Source: a virus
Taxonomy: Duplodnaviria; Heunggongvirae; Uroviricota; Caudoviricetes
Virus record (IMG/VR): IMGVR_UViG_2713896780_000023
Length of the DNA: 6,364 nucleotides
Strand: one strand, 5' to 3'
Position numbers and translations under genes: made by a program. Positions within the stretch are counted from its first letter, which is position 1; each line of letters starts with the position of its first letter. A model generated the notes under the pieces. That model was not told where the DNA came from. It ran no database searches and saw only the letters and a list, made by a program, of their open reading frames with translations. Positions 1 to 6,088 of this stretch are shown one piece after another.

Positions 1-743
1 ATCAGGCTGTCGTAATGCGCGTCATTGTGGATGTGCTGGCGCAGCCAGGCTTCATCGTGGCGATGTTCGATAATGGTATTGGCGATATGGTGACTGGTAC
101 GCATACCGTTAGTGGCCATCACCGACAGTACGGCATCGGCCATCAGGGAAACGCCTACGTGTGGATCGCAAAACACCTGGCTGATACCTGCCAGTTGTCC
201 CTGGACCTTTGCCACATCCAGCGTGGTTCCGCCTAAATCCACAATCAGCAGGGATTCAAACGGACTCATGTCAGCCAGTGCTTTAAAACCAGCCGGAATG
301 GATTCAGGCATAACCCGTACGTTACGGATAGTGAATGCTTTTCCGTTCTGGTACGCCACCGGGCGCATGACGTTTGCTTTTTTGCGGTTGATGTTGGCCA
401 TGTCCGGCTGTGCGTTTGTGTCGAAATATTCGCTCAGTGGCAGGGTGACAACCACATCCACTTCCTGTGGTGTGATGCCTGATTTGACCAGCGCGTGATG
501 AATGGCAATGACATTCACATCGCTGTACTGGTATTGCGTGTCGGTCGTCTGGACAAAGCGATCGCTGACCGGATCAAAACCATAGCGCACGCCATCAAGC
601 ATGTAGTTTGCGGGCTGCGTGCCACCGAACGGCGCAGACCATTCCGACTTGAAGCTGTTCGGGCTGATGGCGTTGCGGCGTTCGCCGTTCTCAGTCCATG
701 CCAGCTTGATGTTGGTGGAGCCGTCGTCGATACAAATTTTCAT
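1..743 (-). CDS. parM: ParM/StbA-like actin-family plasmid segregation ATPase; N-terminal ~247 aa, 3' end runs off the left edge of the window
   Basis: Reverse-strand ATG at 743..741 preceded by AAGGA 8 nt upstream; open to position 1. Translation begins MKICIDDGSTNIKLAWTENGERRNAISPNSFK and contains QYSDVNVIAIHHAL, VMPESIPAGF and LLIVDLGGTTLDV, which match from memory the phosphate-1, connect and phosphate-2 regions of plasmid R1 ParM (FIDDGSTNIKL, SPNSFK, VMPESIPAG, LLIIDLGGTTLD). Not in the supplied ORF track because it has no in-window stop. Confidence 0.8.
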   Translation of the reverse strand, partial: MKICIDDGSTNIKLAWTENGERRNAISPNSFKSEWSAPFGGTQPANYMLDGVRYGFDPVSDRFVQTTDTQYQYSDVNVIAIHHALVKSGITPQEVDVVVTLPLSEYFDTNAQPDMANINRKKANVMRPVAYQNGKAFTIRNVRVMPESIPAGFKALADMSPFESLLIVDLGGTTLDVAKVQGQLAGISQVFCDPHVGVSLMADAVLSVMATNGMRTSHHIANTIIEHRHDEAWLRQHIHNDAHYDSL

Positions 744-774
744 GTCGCTTTTCCTTATGTTGATTAATTAATCG

Positions 775-814
775 TTTACGGGATTCTGAAATCCCGTTTT
801 TGCCTGTTTTGTGT
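775..814. repeat. Direct repeat copy 1 (40 bp) containing the 20-bp palindrome ACGGGATT-CTGA-AATCCCGT (778-797); lies between rep stop and parM start
   Basis: Read directly: TTTACGGGATTCTGAAATCCCGTTTTTGCCTGTTTTGTGT. Matches copy 2 at about 33 of 40 positions; the 8-bp palindrome arms are identical while the 4-nt spacer differs. Confidence 0.7.
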
Positions 815-819
815 GCGCT

Positions 820-3642
820 TCATATATCGCGGCGCGTTTTTTGCTCATTTACGGGATTTGTGAATCCCGTTTCTGTCTGTTTTTTGTTTCCACTGGTCAG
901 GCCACCCCGCAGCAGGTCTGCTTTGCGGCGGGCACGTTCAGTGGTTTCACTGATTCTCTGTGCGTGCTCTGCGTCGCGGATGGCGCGCAGCATGTCAGAA
1001 AGCACGGTAACGGGTGTTTTCATGGTGTTCTGGTCCTGCTGAAGTGTGGATGCCAGACGTGCGGCGGCTTCGGGGTCTGATGCCCCCAGTTGTTCCAGAT
1101 AGCTGGCGACCGGGTTATGGCGGATCTCTGTGCTGCTTACGCCGTGATTACGGCTCAGGCGCTGCCAGAGCTGCGTGATTCGGCTGTCCGGGCGGGTATC
1201 CGGTTTGCGTACAATTTCAAATCCCTGCGGTGCAATGATGCTGCCGTCAACGTACAGGCTGCCGCCCCGTAACAGGTGCTGCATCTGCTGTTCACCGATA
1301 TGCAGGCCGAGAGATTCGGCAGATTCCCGCCATTCTTTAGCGAGTAATTCGTGGTTATCAGGCAAAGGCCGCTGCTGTTTGCGGCTCTGTGTCCAGCTCT
1401 GCATTTCATCACTGCTGTTTTTTGCCTGTTTGTCACGAAGCGAACGCATCAGCGCCCGGCGTTCGTGCCGTTTCAGTGAGTGCATCCATTCGTTCACTTC
1501 AACGCCATCAGGGAGCTGCGGCCACGGTGCTGGCCGTTCTTCCGGCTGTTCTGTCCCGTTGTTGTTCGTTTCCTGTACACGGGGACAGTTATTGCCACGA
1601 GTCCAAGGGGCGGCAGGGCCGCCCTGAAGGTCAAAACCATTTTCGCGGGCGCTGTCTTCCGCTTCCGGTTTACGTCTTACCAGCTTCCAGTTATCCGGGT
1701 GCGTGCACACGCGGGAAGACTCCCCGATGAGCGGCGACCAGATCCCGTAAATCTGTACACTCTGCTCGCCGTAATCGTTCAGCTCATCTGCGAGGTCGTA
1801 GGCGGTGCGAATCAGGTAGTCTTTGCGTGGAACAAGTACGCCACCCTGTTTCTCAATGTAGGTGGCAAAACATCCGGCATCAGCGGCAGCGAGTACCGCG
1901 TCCATTGCGTCATCCTTCAGCCGTTGCGGGCCTTCCGGGTTGCGTGCCATCTGGCTGGCAAGGCGGCGCAGTTCACGCCACACCTGACGGGAGGGGATAC
2001 CAAAGAACTGGAACTGGCGGACCCGGTGAAGGCGCGCCCAGCCGATGGCGCGTTCCACGCTCTCGGCCATTGATTTTCCGGTTTCGTGGTCAACGCGTGG
2101 CTTGCCCGTTTTCGGGTCGATGCCATCCACGGCGCGGCTGTCCAGGTTCTTTCCGATGTAGGTGGCGATGTAGCTGGTTGGTGTGCCTTTTGAGCCGTCG
2201 ACATACTCCACCTTAAAGCGCGGAGTAATATCATTGCCCAGCTCGTGGCGGTCTTCCTGAATGGCAATATCGCGGGTGATGGTCACGATGCTGTCGATTT
2301 CTTCTGGATGAGCAAAGACCATCATGTGCCAGTGCACGGTGCCGTCATGGTGAGGCTCCACCGTGCGGATGCCATACCAGCGCAGGCCGTCGCGGTTCAG
2401 TTTTTTGCGGACCGCCGCAAAAAACGTGTTAACCAGGTAATCGCTGGAGTCGCGCATGGTGGCCCCGTTCCATTTGGGGTTCGGATGACCGTTCTCCGTT
2501 GTTGCGTGGTATTTTGACGGGCAGGTGACAGTCAGAAACACCGCTCTGTCGCCACGGGCTTCGGCCAGAAGTTCCAGTCCCTTCATGGTGGCCATCATTT
2601 CTGCCTTACGGTGAACCGGGTTACTTACTCCCGCGTAATACACCGTCTCGAGATCAATCGTGAACCCGTCTTCATTTTCCAGCATGAAACTTTTCAGGAA
2701 ATCGCGTGTTTTCTCGCGCTGTGCGCGAAACTCGCTTAACGCGTCCTGGCTCAGATAGGGTGATGTTTTTCTGGAAACCAGACAGGCGGCGCGGAGTTGT
2801 TCTTCTCTCCACTCGCAACGTAACAGCCACAGTTTGCGTTTCCACCATTCCGCACAGGTCAGGCGAAGGATTGCGCCCGGCAGCAGCTCCGTGTCCGGTT
2901 CGTTCCTCCGGTCTTTGTCTGTTGTCAGTGCGTCATAATGTGGAGGCATGGCGTGCAGGTGTAACGCCATGCGGGCCAGCATCTGATACGCCTTCAGCGT
3001 TACATCCATGGTCAGTTCGCCATCAGTCGCGCCAAAGCCATCGCAGAGTTTTTCGAAGGTGCTGCTGAACATCGCCGCCGTCATGGTGGCCAGCGTCTGT
3101 ATCTGGTGTTTGTTGAGCTGCGGCAGGTAAAGCAAATCGTCCAGGCGTTCGCGTCCGGCAAGAGAGCGATAACCCGGTGTCAGCCAGCGGCTGTCGGTGC
3201 GGTCCAGACGTTCGAATATTTTGCGCAGGGTTCCGCGTGCATAGCGTTCCGCCTGCCAGCTCTTTTTGCCTTTCCGGCGATCGGCTTCCTGTTTTTTGCG
3301 CAGGAAGGAGAGGTGGCGAATAAGCGGATCGCGCAGATAGGACGGCAGCAGGCGCAGCGAGGTCATGGCTTCATCCACTGCGCCGCGTGCCTGTTTTCTG
3401 GCGTCTCCTGCCAGTGTGATGGTTTTGTCCTGTTTTTCCTGTGCGTCCAGGCTTTTATTAATCAGGTTGCCCAGCGGCGTGGCGGAGAACGCCGCATCAG
3501 CCATTTCCTGGCGGCGCTCGTTCTCTACCCGGTAGGCATCCAGCCAGGAGGAAAGCGCGGATTCAGGAGCGGGGATCCCCGTTCCTTCACGCCCCACTGC
3601 GTGGCGCGGTTGTTGCCAGTCCCTGATGTACTCTGCCGTCAT
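820..3642 (-). CDS. Rolling-circle replication initiator, HUH endonuclease of the P2 gpA / phiX174 A type (940 aa as drawn), with N- and C-terminal extensions
   Basis: Longest ORF in the window. Motif 1 FLTVT (aa 369-373, about 2524-2538); HUH motif V-H-W-H-M-M-V-F (H437-W438-H439, nt 2326-2334, checked as CAC TGG CAC on the reverse strand); motif 3 S-Y-I-A-T-Y-I-G-K-N-L-D with Y491 (2170-2172) and Y495 (2158-2160), matching the Y-x-x-x-Y-x-x-K pattern of phiX174 A and P2 gpA. ATG at 3642 lies 6 nt after the stop of the upstream ORF with only a weak SD, so coupling or a different start is possible. Confidence 0.75.
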   Translation of the reverse strand: MTAEYIRDWQQPRHAVGREGTGIPAPESALSSWLDAYRVENERRQEMADAAFSATPLGNLINKSLDAQEKQDKTITLAGDARKQARGAVDEAMTSLRLLPSYLRDPLIRHLSFLRKKQEADRRKGKKSWQAERYARGTLRKIFERLDRTDSRWLTPGYRSLAGRERLDDLLYLPQLNKHQIQTLATMTAAMFSSTFEKLCDGFGATDGELTMDVTLKAYQMLARMALHLHAMPPHYDALTTDKDRRNEPDTELLPGAILRLTCAEWWKRKLWLLRCEWREEQLRAACLVSRKTSPYLSQDALSEFRAQREKTRDFLKSFMLENEDGFTIDLETVYYAGVSNPVHRKAEMMATMKGLELLAEARGDRAVFLTVTCPSKYHATTENGHPNPKWNGATMRDSSDYLVNTFFAAVRKKLNRDGLRWYGIRTVEPHHDGTVHWHMMVFAHPEEIDSIVTITRDIAIQEDRHELGNDITPRFKVEYVDGSKGTPTSYIATYIGKNLDSRAVDGIDPKTGKPRVDHETGKSMAESVERAIGWARLHRVRQFQFFGIPSRQVWRELRRLASQMARNPEGPQRLKDDAMDAVLAAADAGCFATYIEKQGGVLVPRKDYLIRTAYDLADELNDYGEQSVQIYGIWSPLIGESSRVCTHPDNWKLVRRKPEAEDSARENGFDLQGGPAAPWTRGNNCPRVQETNNNGTEQPEERPAPWPQLPDGVEVNEWMHSLKRHERRALMRSLRDKQAKNSSDEMQSWTQSRKQQRPLPDNHELLAKEWRESAESLGLHIGEQQMQHLLRGGSLYVDGSIIAPQGFEIVRKPDTRPDSRITQLWQRLSRNHGVSSTEIRHNPVASYLEQLGASDPEAAARLASTLQQDQNTMKTPVTVLSDMLRAIRDAEHAQRISETTERARRKADLLRGGLTSGNKKQTETGFTNPVNEQKTRRDI
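848..887. repeat. Direct repeat copy 2 (40 bp) containing the palindrome ACGGGATT-TGTG-AATCCCGT (851-870); lies inside the last ~22 codons of the rep CDS
   Basis: Read directly: TTTACGGGATTTGTGAATCCCGTTTCTGTCTGTTTTTTGT; start-to-start spacing from copy 1 is 73 bp. Confidence 0.7.
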
Positions 3643-3648
3643 AGTGAT

Positions 3649-4014
3649 TTACTTCGTCATGCCATTCAGGGTGTCGCGGCAGACTGTAGCCAGCCGCTGA
3701 ATTTCCAGCACGGTGTCTTCTGTGTCGGCATGGCGATGTGTGATGCGGATGCTGTCGGCAATCACATCGACGATTGCAGAGGATGGGCGCTGGTAAATGC
3801 CAATAACGGACGGGGTGCCACCTTCAATGCGGGAAAGCCTGTAATTTCCCTCGTGGCTGTCAATCATGTAGCGACCATCAATAACAATCTTTCCGTCAGC
3901 GAGCTGCGGTACAGGCAGGGATTTCAGGTACATGTCATAACGATCACGCACGCGAGCGGCAAGATCACGCTCTGTGTTGAGCAGGTATTCAAGAAAGTCG
4001 TTGGCGAGAATCAT
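3649..4014 (-). CDS. Hypothetical protein, 121 aa, no recognised family; may extend to ATG 4203 (184 aa) through the masked block
   Basis: ATG at 4014..4012 preceded by AAGAGGA 8-9 nt upstream; TAA stop at 3651..3649, 6 nt before the rep ATG. The ORF track joins it in-frame to an ATG at 4203 across the 50-nt N run, but that continuity cannot be verified. Confidence 0.5.
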   Translation of the reverse strand: MILANDFLEYLLNTERDLAARVRDRYDMYLKSLPVPQLADGKIVIDGRYMIDSHEGNYRLSRIEGGTPSVIGIYQRPSSAIVDVIADSIRITHRHADTEDTVLEIQRLATVCRDTLNGMTK

Positions 4015-4083
4015 TGCGGCAATCCTCTTGTTACAGATGTGCGAAGGCCTCCCGCCGCAAGGTGCAGGAAAGGCCCGGAACAG

Positions 4084-4133
4084 NNNNNNNNNNNNNNNNN
4101 NNNNNNNNNNNNNNNNNNNNNNNNNNNNNNNNN
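4084..4133. other. N-masked block (50 nt), sequence unknown
   Basis: Run of n characters in the input. Confidence 1.
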
Positions 4134-4203
4134 GTCTGCGGTTGATTTCAGTCTGGATGTGACGACGCTCCGCGATAGCGCGGTGCTGTTTGCGGTCTGC
4201 CAT

Positions 4204-4358
4204 GGTGTGGCCTCTTTGCTCGGTGATAGAAATAACTCACCATCCAGAGTTGAGAATCTCGGGGTGGCGAGACGTACAGGGTTCTCAACACCGGAGAGCA
4301 AAGAATCCGGCCCGACCGAAGTCGGCCCCGTACGCCCCGCCATAATTCTGACGCGAAA
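4204..4358 (-). ncRNA. Candidate structured leader / small RNA region (minus-strand sense) between the two masked blocks
   Basis: Minus-strand hairpins read directly. (a) GGCCGAC-UUCG-GUCGG(G)CC at about 4311-4329, a GC-rich stem closed by a cUUCGg tetraloop. (b) Nested stem GUUGAGAA / UUCUCAAC (4248-4255 with 4281-4288) enclosing inner stem UCUCG-CCACCC-CGAGA (4256-4271). (c) GGUGA-N10-UCACC at about 4221-4240. (d) CCGGA-N10-UCCGG at about 4290-4309. No ORF with a complete, verifiable reading frame lies in this stretch. Boundaries are unknown because both ends are masked. Confidence 0.25.
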
Positions 4359-4409
4359 NNNNNNNNNNNNNNNNNNNNNNNNNNNNNNNNNNNNNNNNNN
4401 NNNNNNNNN
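4359..4409. other. N-masked block (51 nt), sequence unknown
   Basis: Run of n characters in the input. Confidence 1.
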
Positions 4410-4434
4410 TTTTGTGTGTGCATGTTCTGGTTTC

Positions 4435-4734
4435 TTACTGGTTCAGAAAAAAATCAAAAACGTTATCGATGCGTTGCAGCAGCTCTTGCTGCATTGCTTC
4501 CGGCGTTTCCGGTTCGCCAGGTGCCCCCAGCGTTGCGCAGAAATCAGCGATTTCATGATGGAGCGTGAGGCGAATGGCTGGAGCAGTGGTTCTGGCGTGC
4601 TCCAGCTGATCCAGCAGTGCCAGCACAGCAGACGGCGAGAGCATTGCGCGAAATGCCAGTAATTTTTGAGGCGTTGCCATTCGTTGCAGGGCAAATGCCA
4701 GTTCGCGTAGCTTCTGGTGGTTGATGGTGCTCAT
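4435..4734 (-). CDS. Hypothetical protein, 99 aa, no recognised family
   Basis: ATG at 4734..4732 overlaps the TGA stop of the upstream ORF (ATGA junction); AAGGAAG 7 nt upstream; TAA stop at 4437..4435. Protein looks acidic and helical. Confidence 0.55.
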   Translation of the reverse strand: MSTINHQKLRELAFALQRMATPQKLLAFRAMLSPSAVLALLDQLEHARTTAPAIRLTLHHEIADFCATLGAPGEPETPEAMQQELLQRIDNVFDFFLNQ

Positions 4735-4997
4735 GCTCTGGCTTCCTTCAGTAGCTGGTTAAACATGTGAGTAAGTGGATTACTACACCCGAACAGCATC
4801 GGGTTTACGTGGTAAGAAGCCTGGCCTCCTGTTTTGCGAGCGCGACCACCTGTGCTGCGGTTTGTTCTGATGACTAAGCCGCCGCGCCAAAGTCGGCGTA
4901 ACTCAGCATTAATGGCTGTGGTTGGGGTATTCAGTGCTGCGGCGATCTCTCCGCCGCTACACCCCGGATGAGTAGCGATGTAGTCCAGAATGGTCAT
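4731..4997 (-). CDS. Hypothetical protein, 88 aa, possible winged-helix DNA-binding fold
   Basis: ATG at 4997..4995 overlaps the TGA stop of the upstream ORF (ATGA junction); AGGAG 9 nt upstream. N-terminal ILDYIATHPGCSGGEIAAALNTPTTAINAELRRLWRGGLV resembles a helix-turn-helix plus wing arrangement by eye; inference only. Confidence 0.5.
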   Translation of the reverse strand: MTILDYIATHPGCSGGEIAAALNTPTTAINAELRRLWRGGLVIRTNRSTGGRARKTGGQASYHVNPMLFGCSNPLTHMFNQLLKEARA

Positions 4998-5197
4998 CTG
5001 CGTGGCTCCTGTACCTGTCGGATAAGATTCACCCGCGCCACGTTGGTGGCGCAGAAGTAAGTGCCGTCAGTGAGGTAGATGTGGTGTGCATCCTTTTCCG
5101 AACGATGTTTGTCGATAGTGGTAATCAGGCGTTCGTCGACCTCGTATTCGCGCCCTCTGGAGGTAAAGCGAACGACGGGAAAATGCTTAATTGCCAT
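4994..5197 (-). CDS. Hypothetical protein, 67 aa, no recognised family
   Basis: ATG at 5197..5195 with AGGGGG 5-6 nt upstream; TGA stop overlapping the next ATG. Confidence 0.5.
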   Translation of the reverse strand: MAIKHFPVVRFTSRGREYEVDERLITTIDKHRSEKDAHHIYLTDGTYFCATNVARVNLIRQVQEPRR

Positions 5198-5220
5198 TGC
5201 GCCCCCTTTGTCCAGTAACC

Positions 5221-5631
5221 CTATGCGTTAAATACGGCACATTGCGCGTCATCAATGAATACAACTTGAGAGCGTTCTATCAGGCGGAGATTTGTCAGAA
5301 TTTCTGATTCCCTTATGGGGTGAGGAGTGATCAGGTATTTATCCTGTAATCCGGCGATAATGGTGTATCGCTGTAGCTCCGAGCCAATTGTGTAAATAAG
5401 GCGTCCGGTGTTAGACAAATCCAGTCCGGTGACTGGTTGTGTTCTGAGAACCGCCAGTTCAGCATCCTGTTTTGCGATAATTTCGGCTGCTTCTGCCGTG
5501 ACTCTTGCGACTATCAGTGTGTGGGTTGCGACGTCCATATGTGCATTTGCCACGGCTTTTTTCGCTACTTCGTTTTCTGTCTTTGAAATTTCTTTCAGTG
5601 CTCTGATGATACCTTCTTCTTTTGCGTGCAT
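5221..5631 (-). CDS. Hypothetical protein, 136 aa, no recognised family
   Basis: ATG at 5631..5629 with GGAG 8 nt upstream; TAG stop at 5223..5221. First gene after the 93-nt AT-rich gap 5632-5724. Confidence 0.55.
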   Translation of the reverse strand: MHAKEEGIIRALKEISKTENEVAKKAVANAHMDVATHTLIVARVTAEAAEIIAKQDAELAVLRTQPVTGLDLSNTGRLIYTIGSELQRYTIIAGLQDKYLITPHPIRESEILTNLRLIERSQVVFIDDAQCAVFNA

Positions 5632-5724
5632 TTTTGTATCTCCGTTATTTGCGTGTGCGAATACCTCCGTTAATACGGATGGTTTTCACGTTTTCTTATT
5701 TAATTTGATGCTTTATTTGTATCG

Positions 5725-5838
5725 TTATTCACCAGTGAAAAAGCGTTCAATCTTTTTTACTGAATGAATAATTCGCATAATCCCAATGGCGCAGGCCACA
5801 GAAATAATCAGAACAAGCCATGAGATAAATATACTCAT
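5725..5838 (-). CDS. Small hydrophobic peptide, 37 aa (MSIFISWLVLIISVACAIGIMRIIHSVKKIERFFTGE), one predicted transmembrane helix with a basic C-terminal tail; not in the supplied ORF track
   Basis: Hand translation of the minus strand. ATG at 5838..5836 overlaps the TGA stop (5837..5835) of the 80-aa ORF (ATGA junction); GGGGA 8 nt upstream; TAA stop at 5727..5725. Confidence 0.4.
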   Translation of the reverse strand: MSIFISWLVLIISVACAIGIMRIIHSVKKIERFFTGE

Positions 5839-6077
5839 GCGATATTCCCCAGCTTATACGGTTCAATATGTTCCCCGCATTCTGCGGCACAGATTAGCTC
5901 GGAAAGTTCGTTAAGTGCATCCAGATCATCAGCGTAAAAAGCCACGTCATACAGACTCCGGATTGCCCTGGTCAATGAGTCACGGGCTGCACGTTCAGCA
6001 TGAGCGCCTGATGCACTTAAGCGAAAATAAAAACGCTCAAGTGCTTTGTTGATGAGTGTTTTATATTCTTTGTCCAT
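5835..6077 (-). CDS. Hypothetical protein, 80 aa, no recognised family
   Basis: ATG at 6077..6075 with AAGGG 8 nt upstream; TGA stop at 5837..5835 overlapping the peptide ATG. Confidence 0.5.
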   Translation of the reverse strand: MDKEYKTLINKALERFYFRLSASGAHAERAARDSLTRAIRSLYDVAFYADDLDALNELSELICAAECGEHIEPYKLGNIA

Positions 6078-6088
6078 TGCAACACCCT

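Larger units (their letters stand above)
745..887 (-). promoter_or_regulatory. Putative operator / centromere-like (parC-like) region upstream of parM, built on the two palindrome-bearing repeats
   Basis: Position directly upstream of the parM-like start, with repeated palindromes of the kind bound by dimeric DNA-binding proteins. In R1 the parC centromere and promoter sit immediately upstream of parM (established knowledge); the function here is inferred. No convincing -35/-10 pair could be pinned down by eye. Confidence 0.35.

Noticed and set aside
15-767. Plus-strand ORFs 15..236, 112..498 and 495..767
   Set aside because: Antisense to the ParM-like CDS, whose translation shows unmistakable actin-fold ATPase motifs; no independent support.
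778-870. The two palindromes read as rho-independent terminators
   Set aside because: On the plus strand each hairpin is followed by a T-run, but no plus-strand gene precedes them. On the minus strand, where all genes lie, the hairpins are followed by A-rich rather than U-rich sequence, and copy 2 is inside the rep coding region. Operator or centromere function seems more likely, though weak bidirectional termination cannot be fully excluded.
1155-1436. Minus-strand 93-aa ORF and the plus-strand ORFs at 800..1272
   Set aside because: They overlap the initiator CDS in other frames or antisense; no start signals; considered frame noise.
1480-3068. Several plus-strand ORFs of 90-197 aa (for example 1480..2073, 1827..2216, 2245..2517, 2706..3068)
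   Set aside because: All lie inside and antisense to the 940-aa initiator, which carries clear catalytic motifs. Their translations are Arg/Pro/Cys-rich, as expected for the reverse frame of GC-rich coding DNA.
3106-4662. 518-aa plus-strand ORF from the six-frame track
   Set aside because: It is antisense to the rep N-terminus, the 121-aa ORF and the 99-aa ORF, and owes its length to reading through both N-masked blocks as X. It has no ribosome-binding site of note and a low-complexity Cys/Arg-rich translation; treated as a spurious antisense frame in GC-rich DNA.
5408-5767. Plus-strand 119-aa ORF with a hydrophobic, low-complexity translation
   Set aside because: Antisense to the 136-aa minus-strand ORF, which has a good SD and fits the operon; the plus-strand ORF runs against the otherwise uniform gene orientation.
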